This document shows, one piece after another, positions 13,238-25,600 of a DNA stretch of 64,000 nucleotides (its first letter is position 1; every line of letters starts with the position of its first letter). This DNA comes from Phoronis australis. Taxonomy: Eukaryota; Animalia; Phoronida. The translations under genes were made by a program, and so were the position numbers. Below the pieces are notes generated by a model. It did not search any database. It saw nothing but the letters and a program-made list of their open reading frames with translations, and had not been told where the DNA came from. The stretch spans positions 393,853 through 457,852 of the forward strand of contig NMRA01000364.1 in NCBI GenBank assembly GCA_002633005.1, in the 5' to 3' direction.

Positions 13238-15752
13238 TCAGGTAAAGGACATCATGGGGGTAAGACATGAGTCAACTTGCTGTGGGTGAGCCAACTTTGT
13301 CTTTTCCTTGGTCTCCAACCGTATGCTCTCTTCTTGGGGAATCGTGTCCGTCGGAATCGATTCGCGAGAATTTGGCAAAAGCTGAATGTGTTCCCCTGCA
13401 CCAGCAGGATCGCTTGCCGAGCATTTGTCGGTTGGGCTCTGGGGTTTTCCCGCCATTTTCACATCATGAATGTCTGGAAAAATCCGAGAATTGTGTATTA
13501 CACGCATTCGTGTAACAGTTGCAGGCTTGCTTACACTAGTATTGAACATGAAACGACAGTTGTTTCTCCAGTGTTGTTGTTAAATGACATTTTTAACTAT
13601 ATACAACGTACGACGAGTCGGTCTAGTGCACCATCTTTGTACAATGATAATCCCACTGAACCGTGGAAGGTGGCGAGTAAGATAGGGCCAGTTTCAATAC
13701 ACACATCTTTGTACAATGATAATACCAGAACCGTGAAATGCGGCGAGTAAAGCATGGCCAGTTTTGTCGACACACACACGCACACACACACAACGCACGC
13801 ACATATAAGGACTATAGTGGTACGAACTGTGTATAATATGGGTTTTCAGTCGTGACCTTACTCACCATCACTTGTACTGGCGATTCCGGGAAAAACGTTT
13901 ATAAGATTGGTATAAGTTGTATTTGGCATTACGGCGGAATTCAACATCTGCTGCTGGCCTTGCCATGTCTCTTCGATTTTTCTTGTATCGCCATCTAAAA
14001 AAATTACGGTACGTTCAGGCTAATCCTCGTCACAGTTGAGTGGGGGCAGATTACCTTTCCCTCTAAACTCATTTGGCATCAGCCTTCAATGGCTGGTTGC
14101 ATGAAACCGTCTCAAAAAGGGACTCGACTAAGTTCCCTAAAATACCTGCTTATCTGTTGGCTTGTGAAAAGACTAAATGATGTCCTTTCTTATGCTGTTT
14201 GGGGTGTCATTACTATCTCAGTTTGTGGCTTTGATACAAATCGAGAGTGAACTTTACGCTGAATTCTAAATGTTTAGTGAAAATACGTAGTTATCTTTTC
14301 ATTCATAACTTAAAGTCTCCTCTTTTGATCAAATTAAGGGCTCAGTTTTTAGTTATAATTTATTACATAATGTCATCAGTTAATGAGGAGCTCCCTATAA
14401 AGATAAAGTGATAAAAATATTACATATGTGAATAAATATAGGAACAAATACGTGAAAGATTCAGAGAACTGAACCCGTGTTTGGGACTATTTCATGTAAC
14501 CGGCCATTGAGTACCAATATGTCTCAGAATGGAATAAAAGTCAATCTCAATTATAGGTGTCTAAAACTCAAAGGCGTCTTCTTTTTCTACTTCTTAACAT
14601 TCACACTGAAAAGTGTGATCTGAATTTAAGGTCAGCATTATAACGACTCTTTAACTTGTGATACTATGTGCCAACAAACTCTTTCCAAACCTAAAATAAA
14701 TTAAATTTGACCATAGATCTAGTAACTCCATGGTTTGACGAAAATGTACTGGAATTAGACAGTTTTAGAAATAGATTAGGTCATTTTTGTTCTTCATGGT
14801 ACGTAACATGTCTAATACCTTTTGGTGTCCTCTCTCTGATGCAATGTCCAACCAGGCTTATGAAGAGCGCAGCGCCCAGGATGAACACAAGAACCCACGC
14901 AACGGATGTCCCTGGACTCGTTGTTGGTGAAACCGTTTTCATCACAGGAGGTGAACTTGCTGTTGTCGGTGGTGGTGTAAGGGATAGACTCGTTGTTGTT
15001 GTTGTTGTTGTTGTTGTAGTTTTCGGCCACATATCTACAGAAATCGTTTCATAATTACGTTAAAGAACGTCAGTCTTCGCACTAAGTAGAGTCATTGTTT
15101 AACAATACCATTTGCGCATCGGCGAGAGAAGTGATTTGTATAAATCAGCTTCAGCGCAGAACCTGGAACATCCGCGGTCGCAGCCGGCGTGTCGCTCTGC
15201 TTGCGGAGATAAACTCCGCTGTGATAGATGGTAGAGTATTTTTAGCAATGGGATAAATAGCTAGGCAATATTTATCTCATTGAGTTTAAGCTAAATCGCA
15301 CTCAGTAAATGCACTTAAAGTATTTTAAATGTTCTTAAGTGACAGAGTCATCGGCCTTACATCTGCAGCTGATGTCTGGCAGACAACGGCGAGAATTGGC
15401 GACTCGTAATAAAACCACAAATCGCAACAGATTTTGTTATTAAATAACTCTGGTCAAAGCTAATAACTTTAACAAGAGCGTCCCATTAAGAGAAATCTCC
15501 ACAATGATTTTTTTCGACCCTAAATAATATAATGTTCCTTTCCCTATACTCACCCTTACACGACAAATGTTTCACGCACTTGTGGAGTCTGGTTCTGATT
15601 TCTGTTGCACAAATCTCGGAGCACGGACGACAGCTTTCTAGTCCCTCATTATAATATTGAAGGGGCGTGCAGTCCATGATTGGAATTGTCCATGTACGCC
15701 TAACACTGACCACGATACCTATAAAAACTGGTAAACACTTTCCAAAGTCCAT
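13238..15752 (-). CDS. TNF-receptor-superfamily-like protein B (paralog of A; putative signal peptide, single CRD, Thr/Ser/Pro mucin-like stalk, TM, TRAF motif), about 259 aa, 4 exons
   Basis: Exons 15752-15554, 15034-14819, 13994-13866, 13473-13238; all GT-AG, phase 1; total 780 nt. MDFGKCLPVFIGIVVSVRRTWT leader; CRD CTPLQYYNEGLESCRPCSEICATEIRTRLHKCVKHLSC; TM VAWVLVFILGAALFISLVGHCI; tail contains TIPQEES. Confidence 0.82.
13632..13765 (+). repeat. Imperfect tandem duplication (about 70-bp unit, 2 copies) in intron 3 of receptor B
   Basis: CATCTTTGTACAATGATAAT..GAACCGTG..GGCGAGTAA..GGCCAGTTT occurs twice in tandem, followed by a (CA)n tract. Confidence 0.8.
14993..15019 (-). repeat. (ACA)n coding microsatellite giving the poly-Thr stalk of receptor B
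   Basis: gttgttgtt run on plus strand; translates KTTTTTTTTTTS in exon 2. Confidence 0.9.
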
Positions 15753-15883
15753 TATTAAAAGAGGCACACTGACAACGTCTCTCGATCGCTTCTGGGACCT
15801 TCTGGACAGTTGATAAGTAACGATTTTCCTACACGTGTTTTTGCTCGCAACGCGGACTGACGGTCACCGGTAATCGTGACCTC

Positions 15884-15893
15884 GGGGTTTTCC
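15884..15893. promoter_or_regulatory. Putative NF-kB site upstream of receptor B
   Basis: GGGGTTTTCC about 130 bp upstream of the ATG at 15752, equivalent in position to the site upstream of receptor A. Confidence 0.55.
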
Positions 15894-15958
15894 AGGTACG
15901 AGCGACTTCTTTTAGCCGATGAAAACAAATCTGTTAAACTTCAATACTGAATCATTTT

Positions 15959-16102
15959 GGAAGGCGCCTCTTCATTGATATAAACCCCCTTAATAGTTTG
16001 GGCATTATCTAGGACTTCGATAAATTCTTTCAGATACATGATAAACAATAGTGGGCTGATCATACACCCTTGTCTGGTGCCGACAGAACACTCAAAAAAG
16101 TC
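15959..16102 (-). mobile_element. Short internal LINE reverse-transcriptase fragment
   Basis: Minus strand reads DFFECSVGTRQGCMISPLLFIMYLKEFIEVLDNAQTIKGVYINEEAP (RT 'QG..LSP.LF' motif). Confidence 0.8.
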
Positions 16103-19100
16103 GTACACAAGTGAAATCGTAGGGTCGCATAGGTACTGAACGAGATACCGAGATAATAAACTCGGGATCTCGAGATTCTGAGATAATTAGAAAGAAACGC
16201 GCGATGTTATCTTTGGGGCAACGTACATAGGCTATACTTTTCCGTGATGTTTTTTCTCAAGAAATTCTTTGTTAGATTTTTACATCTTTCATTCGTAATT
16301 TTCATTGTTGTCCTCCTTTTAGGTCTAGACCAACAATACTTTATTACTGTCGGTTACGCGTTTATAGGTGGACCTTCGAACTAGACAAGGAAATTGAACT
16401 GAATTACCTGTGCGGCAACTGGAATTCAAACAGGTGTCTTTGTTATGGGCACTTGTCAAAAACTTATCTTCATCAATATTGTGTGCTCAAAGACACGTTA
16501 CAATGACTCATGAGTACAAATCTTTATCACGCCGGTCGCGCCATCGTATTCGTGCCAATATAGAAATATATTACATGTTAACCTCTACAAAGGATATTTG
16601 ATGGCAAACAAGACATTTTGCTGTATAACAACTGCCTTGTAAATCCGCGGTCACGCTGGGAATTTCATGACAAACCATTGTACAGCACTTTCACACGAGT
16701 TTAAGAGACACCTATCGTCTTTTTACGTCTCAATACGCTATTATTTCTGGTTTGGCTAGTGGTCTGTTGCGAATGTATTGCTTGAGTTATGTATACATGG
16801 TATTTTACTCATTATAAATCAACTGAAGACCTTCACATCTTTCGTGTGTGTGTGTGACTATCTAACCTCAGGATGAGATGTGCACTCAACATCAACCAAA
16901 CTGCAGAATTTGACTGAGAATCACACCTTTTCATTTGAACACTATACTCTGTCATAAAAAACGGAAGAGGATGTCACTTTTCTAACAGCGCACCAACGTA
17001 TTGTAAAAGATCACATGACTTAATATTCCTTCATTTATTTTTGCTTGTCGCGTGTAAAGAATGATGAAACATTTGTGCCAAAAATGAATTTCGTTTGATT
17101 GAAGTTGAAAAGGTTAAAGCTTGTGCAAAGACATTGCGCATAATTACAGAAATTACAACAAAAAGCAAACAAACTTAATACGTCTTGTTGGCAAAAAATC
17201 TTAGTTTTTACAGTAATAATAACTACATCTTTCGGAATATACAAAAATACTGTAACAAGTTTGAGCTTATGTGTCAGCATAGTACGTATAACATCATTGT
17301 ATTGGTTTGTAGTAATGATACGGAATGCTCCCCTTGTTGTAAACAAATCTCTTTTGTATTTTCTCTCGATACTTCGACACACTCTGCAGCGGCTGCTACC
17401 CCTCACGTTCCTGTCCCGAAGAAACAAGTCGAGTATGTTGGGAATGTCGCATTTCTAGTTCATCATGTTTGCATGATGCAAACAAGCCCAAATATATTCA
17501 TCGTAATCCCTATCAATGATTTTTTTATCGGGACAGGACCGTATAGGTAAGCACAGCGCCTGTTGACTGCAACACAGTAACGAATGAACAACGGGATTTC
17601 CCGGCGTTGGACCTAGTGTTCTGGCCAAGCAACAATGAGTAAAGACTGTAAGGACTCTGTATAACAAATTTGTAGACCTACGCTAGACAAATATAACGTG
17701 TGTACAATGGGCTTTAAAAACAGGAATACGTCTACGACAAGACTTTCTTACCACTTGCTTTTATAATATTCTGTGAGTCAGCATTTTTGTCAAGAAATCA
17801 ATTCCATACACCCGGTGGAGGTAATTCCGTCCTTCTGACGAGAATTTATATTTTACTTGTGGGAGAAATTAAGTGTGTCCCTAACCCACAGGCCACTACA
17901 AGTAATGCATGTCCAGGCTGCTATGGACAAGAGGGTTACTGATCACAATGAGATCAATTAATACCAACCCTTCCAACAATCCACGATTGCTATCTGTGAT
18001 TATAATGAATTGAGGACCAGTTTGCTCTGGATTCCATTGAATGCCCGGATGCTTTATTCAAATCTGGCAGTCAGGACTTTCCAGTTCAGCGGGACGACGC
18101 CTCCGTCTACCTTGGCATATTTTACATTTCAGGATTGTGCGATTGCCGTTCATGTCAGTGGTGAATCAGTTTCGACCAATCACAGGGCAGCCATTGGACA
18201 ACTAGACGAAACCTGGCATGGGTTTTTACATTACCCCAAATTTAGATTGGAAATTTAACTACGGTAACAACAACGAAGGACAATGACTTGCATTTTGCAT
18301 AGAATAGTTGGATTCAGATTTAAAACCCAGCAAGTCCCAAAAGCAGGAAACGGAAAGATTAGAGAAATAGAATACTTTATTGTTATCAGTAACACAACTT
18401 CACAAATACATTTCAATACATATTAAAATATAAGTGGCTCATTACGCGGTGTAGATTTATTGTATGTCATGGTTGATCTTTAGAAACCTATTCAATCAAA
18501 AAGTGCCCAACGAAAGTAAGGACGTTGATATTACTGATTTAAGTTGAAAAAAATACTAAAAGCCTCAAGTCATGGAGTTTTGAAAACACTAGTGCAACTT
18601 TATACAAAGTGAATGTTAAGCAAACTAGCAATTTATTTATTCTGGTGAGGTTTGGTGAAACTATAGTTCCACCTTGAAGCAATAATCAACAGGAACAGCA
18701 TTTTGAAATGGTTTTCTAAGAATACAAACACGTTTAATATTTGGCAATGAACAATTGATGATTTAAACAAACAGAAAAAACATTTTAGACTTCTTGGGTA
18801 ATTTCTTGAGATTGGGATGATCCATATGAACATGACAAGATGAATCAGCTGGTATAGCTAATAGCACAAATACAGCGCCATCTTTAGGATAAGGAGACAA
18901 ATTATTTTGATGATGTGTTAGCATTCCACATCAAATATTTAGTCACAATGAGACTTGAAGAGCATTCATTGATTGTTTCTGCACCTGTTTTCTTCATAAC
19001 AAATATGACTACCTAATATGTAAAGACAGTAACTTTTTACCTAGACACAGTCACAACAGGCGAGAATGATTATCTATAGCACAGCTCAAAAATGAAGAAA

Positions 19101-19678
19101 ACGGTTGTTTGGGGGAAATTAAACAATAGGTTTGCAACCTCTTTCAGGAAGCTGATGTTGGAAAATCAAAGACAAAGACTGACACAGAATGCAAATACAT
19201 GATCGACAGAAAACATGTGCTCATTATCACAGACAAACTGCAGAGTATGATACGCAGCCTAAAACGCGTAAGACAAACTATGTACAGAAATGATGCCTAA
19301 GGTATGGCTAGTGAACAATTAATCAACTGGTCAAAGCATCCATTACACAGTTCAGCGATGGCATTACATGCTGAGGAGGAGTCGATCAGTTTGGTAATAA
19401 ATGTATTACGTTTTCAAGCCAGACAGGTAAAACTTCACAATCCCTGAAGTCTCAACACATCAGAGCATAGTCACTGTTTTAGAAAAAAAATAAATAAGGA
19501 TATAATAAACTTGTTCAATGACTATTTAAACCATACTAAATACTTTTGCAGCATTCCATGTCAGCCACTGCCCTAGTGAGTTTAAAAGTTCAAGTTCAAC
19601 AACAGGGGTCACTATTTATTTATTGCTTGTGTATTACGCCTGCTTCTGATCACTGTGCACCAACAATTGTGTGTTTCC

Positions 19679-22600
19679 CTAAAGGTCATCGCCATACTCG
19701 GCTCGAATGGCATCGAGAAAGCTGGCCCCTGGTCCCATACTTTGACGACGCTCTTCAAACTGCTTAAATTCCTTCTTCTTTTCCTGAGGAAAAACAGAAA
19801 TACTTTGAATTATTTGCTGGTGACCGCTTAGTCATCTGTCAACAAAATTTACTTCAAAATCATGTCGGTAGCAGCAAGCTCATAAAAACAAAAATGAAAA
19901 GATGCTGCACTATATCTAATATCTAATTAAAAATAACTCAAGTCAGACTGAAAGATTATACAGTCACGTGTCATTTGTTTTAGCTTATTTCATTTCTGCA
20001 TCTTCGTTTTAAGTAAAATCTAGATCAAACCTATATAAAAAATAATTGCAGGCGGTCTGATACACGTTGTACAAGACGTGCGCAGGCCTCGCATGTGCGC
20101 CCATTGCACTGATCACCTGGAAATACTTTTAAGCTTTATTAATATATGGTTAAAACCGAGCTGAGGAGCTAGAAACCTGACTCAAAGGTCTAGCAGTGTG
20201 ACCTGGTGGGACTTGAACCCACGACCTCGAGTAAAGAAAGCGGACACTTATCAACCAGGCCACACTGCCTCCTCTAGATCAAACCTAAGTATTGTAAATG
20301 AATAAAAATACAACTTTTAAGTGTAAGACCGCAAAAACAAGGCCAAACATATTCAGACAAAATGATGCAGAATTCCCCATCATGATGACTGGGGAGAAGC
20401 CAGTTAATTACCAGTGTAGACTTCAATCTCGACCGAAAATGAAGGGAATTAACATGAAAGTTAGTCTGGTGGTTAAGCCCTTCTGAAATTGGAATTTTGT
20501 CGGCATAACAGATACAACCTCATGACAGGGAAATGCTATACTGGTCGATTAGTTATGTCATATATTATATATTCAGCAGCCCACTGCTTCGGGCAGAATT
20601 ATAGTCTTCTTAAATTCTGCAGGAGACGTCTGCAGAGTACAGTTTTTATACAGGTCAATACATCTTCTTACTTTATTTATATGTTACATGCTGACGGTAT
20701 ATTTTTCATTGTACAATATCGATCAAGAGGGTATGGATAATGAAATGACTCTACAACACTATATAGACAACATCTGGCCTTCTCAGAATCACAAGGAATA
20801 GAGAAAGCGGTTTTAGCACTGTCATGGTAAGTCTTTAAAAATTCAAACAATATTATACAATTTACTTCTTCCCCACCCAATAATGTGACTTGTTAGGACA
20901 ATTTTACAGGAGTGGCAGTATTTTAAAGAAACAAGGAACACGTGACAAGTCTACCAGAAAAATTCAATAAACTGAATTATTAGAGGGTGTGAATAAATAG
21001 GATTACCATGCGGCAAATCACACAAACAGTAAATCCAATATATATACGTTTTCAAAACAATCATGCAAAATGTGCTGCAAAGCATTGATACACAACAAAT
21101 CCAATGAAACCAGTACAATTTCCAAGAAACACTCAAACGTCACATCCAAATTTATCTCTTTCTTCATTGTAACAAATAATATGACAACTTTCCATCCACA
21201 ACAATGTAAGAAACTAATAACCAAATTCTAAATCTTACCATCAGTCTGACAAGTACAGGAAATGAATAAAGGCAATTTTCAGCAAACAACAACCAATCAC
21301 AGATGTTTTGCGAGGTCATGTTCTATTCTTTATGTGCATACATTAAAAGCTTCCATCAACTGCACTCATCTGGGTTAACACTCTGGCTTAAACTAAAAAA
21401 TCAGAACGTGGCCATCGAAAAAGAATTTTTAAGCACGCGACGATAGACACTTTTCCAAACAGTCGATTGGCTTAAGGGCCAGGGAGCTACATGAATGGAC
21501 TCAACTAAAACATCAGTTATATGTCTATGTAAGACTGTTTTGAACCATTCGGTAGCTAAAATTCCGAGAGGGGTCATTAGGTTTCCCAAGGGTGTTACCA
21601 CAGACGAGTACAGTAAAAACAATTTGCCATGCAACTTCTTGTCAACAATCACTGTGAACAATATACTCAAAGCCATGAGACACCAGGCCGCCACAGGAGA
21701 ACATTAAAATTCACTTGAGATTCATCTCCAAATTAGACCAATTACGTCATGTGAATTTTAAAAATTTACTTGAAGAGTACTACATGCTTAATCAATTTTT
21801 GGTAGACTTTCGGAACAAACAAACTATTGAGTTCTTCCATAGCCCAGAAATTACTTCTATGCTTGGTAAGGAACATAACAAGGCTAATTTTATATTAGTG
21901 TTCCGTACACACAAAACAGAGAAGGGTGTTTTGTGACTTGAAGAAATGAAATGCATTTAGTGACAGTTGTCTTCTTTCACATACTTAAAATGGCATGAAA
22001 AACAATCACCACATTCACTACAAAGAAAAATTTGCAATTTTAAAAATTGCAAAGTAATTGAAAAAAACAAGAGCATATACCATTGCCAGTTATTTTGAAG
22101 TCAAAAATCCTACCGGCAGGCAGATATTTTCAAGAAATATCAACACCACAGGCTTATTCTAAATTATAGTGTTCTCATTTTTGATGAAATAGGACTAAAA
22201 AACCCGCAACCCCTCCCCTCGCACCAAACTCCTCTACAAAGTAGGTCAACCATACCTCTTTTTCTTCTTCCTCTCGTTTCTTCTTCTCAATTTCAGCCGG
22301 AGTAGCGGCATCTTCGGACTCTGACAGCGTAGTATCGTCAGCCTCAGTTTCAGTGTCGGTCGCTTCACTAACGGAGCTAATCTTACGAGCTGGTTTCACC
22401 TCGGTCTCCTAAAAAGGAAAGATTTTCAATTAAAGTTACGTAAAACCATAGGAGAATGTACAAATTAGGCTACCGTAACGTCGGAGTGACGTATATCAAA
22501 ATGGCCAATCAGATTCATTTGAAACTCTTGGATACTATGTTTCATGCACTGTTTTCTAAAACGCTGTTAGAAATTGTTTTCACCATGTATATGAGGGACT

Positions 22601-25600
22601 ATTAAAAATAGAACATTTTTATGACATTTATGACACAACTCGAAAGTTGCATGAAACAAAAACAAAATATTTTTATTACTTTGATATTAAAAATTTTTGA
22701 GATTTTATTTTGAACATTTATATCATACGAAATTTGGTCATGTAACTGATACTGTTGATTAGCTATTAAATGTACCAGTTTCTTTTTGGCTACACTTAAC
22801 TAAAAAGTCACGTAACCCAATTGATGAAAAATCAGTATAAAGCCAATCTGGGTGGCATTCAATAGACCTAGTTTGTTGTGAGACAAGCAAGATCATGTAC
22901 AGACCGTGCAAAATCATGCAAGGGAAAAGCGAGAGTTTCTCCAGCATGACAGAGACCTTACAAGCATAACTTAGCACTAAAATGATTGGTCAGTGAGGTT
23001 GGAATGTTGAATTACGGGATATAATTCATAAATTATGGGATAGAATTCACATTGCCATTCTATAACCAAAGATTTTTCGCTACCACTGCACCGCTAATAT
23101 GTTGCATATACAGAACGCAATATCCTGATGTTTATGATTAGATCAGCCAGTGCCGGCTATTGGCCACATCTGAAACTACCAACTGACCTTCTTGTCATCA
23201 CTCCAGGTACTGCTAGCGGACAGTGGACGACTGGAGCCTTTGTTGGCTACCACTGACGAATCATTACCATCGGACGCATCTCTGTAGAAAAAAGTAACAA
23301 AAGTCAAGACAGAGGTGTACAAATACAACAGCCACGTGAGATTATCAAATTTTACTAGAGTCTCCACTCAAAAATTGACCAATCAAGTTCTGGGCAATTT
23401 TCGAGTGAAATTTACAGTAGTTTGGTACATGGTTCACTGTATTATTGGACAAGTAAGTGGGGATGTCAGTGACATTTTTAATATGTTGACCTGACACACA
23501 CAACTGCAATCGGTTTCAAACTTTATGACCCACTTATGGCAAAGACAATTTTACATTTATTTAATTGCTTTAAAATAATTCAGTGTAAATTTGAAAATGA
23601 TACAAAAAAGTGTCACTGTTTAGCAACTTACGGCACATGACTATTTTTCCTCATCATGGAAATGCTGCTATCGGGGTTTCTCTGTTCATCTACACACTTC
23701 TTCAGGAAGTCAAAGACCTCTTCATGTTCGTACTCGTCTGCCACATCAGCTGGAGTACGCCCCATTGAGTCTTCCTGCTCCAAATCGCACCGGTTGGCAA
23801 CCAGCCATTTAACAGTCTCCAGATGACCTCTGGTGGCATAAAACGAAATTAGTTTTAATATTCATACCGCATTAAAATACCTCGACTTACTGTTCCAAAT
23901 TTTTCTAAAATATTCATGGGAAGTTCACCATTACAAAATAAAGTTGTTCAGTTGGCGGGGGATTTACACAACTAAATGTCCTAGTAAATGCTATAAAGCA
24001 CGTCTGCTGCAATCTGTTATACAGAATAATGATCTGAATGTGAACACTTTGCAGGACATTGCATACAATGCTGAGGTTATTTATTCTGACACGTGAACTG
24101 CCCGAGTCACACGATTGCAACTCACAATTCTGGTGAACTCCTTCGGTCCAGCCTAATTTTGGAGATTTTCAATCATGGCATTAACCTAGAAGACAAATGC
24201 AATACTAGAGCTGTTCTTACTACCAGCTCTAACCACAAACCCCGCAGTCACTCACCGCATGCTGGCCAGATGTAGTGGAGATTGCTGGTCAATGGAGAGA
24301 GACAGGAGTGCACCCATGGCATGCAGGACCATCATGCACTGCACGTGCCCATTCAAACTTGCCAAGTGCATGGCAGTATAACCTGAGGAAACAACGAAAG
24401 CAGGTTACAGGTACAGAATATCAGTTATCTATAGTGTATTAGGTTGGGACATGCGTGCATTTCATTACTGGTATCTTCATGAATAGACAAAAACTGATGC
24501 CTGAGCATCCCAGACTAGATCCTTGAGGGATATCATGCCACCTGTTAAGTGGAAATATAGACGTTTCCCCCCACTGCAACAATTTCCCACAATCCATTGC
24601 AAACGTGACATTTGCTTCTACCCAAAAATGTTGAATCTTGTTTTGATTTTTCATTTTTCAGCAAAAACAATAATTTGAAAACTGATCAAAAGAAAGAAAG
24701 AGAACACTTTATACTTTTCCATTATTGTAAGGAATGCCGGCTGGAGTTCAAAGGCAGTATGTTTGGTGCATTCGATTCTCATCTTTGCTTAAGTTGCAAA
24801 TTTTTGGACATCTTAAAGTTCACACTTTAACCTCTAATCCTAGACAACAAGGCACAGTACCTGTTTGAGTCTCCAGTTCAAGGTCAGCTCCATTGGCTGC
24901 CAGCCAGCGCACCACCTCCACGTGACCGTGAGTGGATGATATGTGAAGGGGAGTGAGAAGCTTCTCGTCGAATGAACTGCAACAAGAACCAATGAGGTAA
25001 CTGCCAGAACCAACGACATGCCAATATACACTTGGTGATCAAATTAAAGGCATTTTGTTACAAATATATACAAAGGAGATTATGAAGATGATTTGAAAGG
25101 GCAAATATGCCTGTGAAAAGTAATTTTTTACTCCATAACATGGTGTATAGTGACCTTAAAAGTAAAAATCGTAGTAACATGTCCAGCTTTCCTCTCAGAA
25201 CTGTAGCAATTTTCCTCAGGAAATTCTTACCTGGGGTCTGTTTCATGAAAAGAGACTTAAGTCAGAAATTCAGTGCCCCGCTTCACACAACTATTTCAGA
25301 AAAATAATTTAATTTCATATTGAGAAAACGTATAAACGCTATGAGAATATACACATAGCCTCAGAACAACTTCACAAAAGTAATAAATCTTACTTGGGCA
25401 AATGTACAAAGTTTCTAAGAATATCAGCGTAATGTCAAGTTTCTGGTATAATTTCTATAAATTATTTTTAGACTATGATGCACTCATAATTACTTGGCTA
25501 AACTTTTTTTCCAGAAATTCTGAAGACCAAATTTTTGTCTTAATTCTTAAGTCACTTTCATGAAACATACCACGGGGGTCTTTTATATACACTAAACTCG

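Noticed and set aside
13441-13450. GGGGTTTTCC kB-like site
   Set aside because: Lies within coding exon 4 of receptor B and is explained by the codons.
20195-20272. tRNA gene
   Set aside because: Has A and B boxes but no convincing cloverleaf, and is the head of a TSD-flanked SINE.
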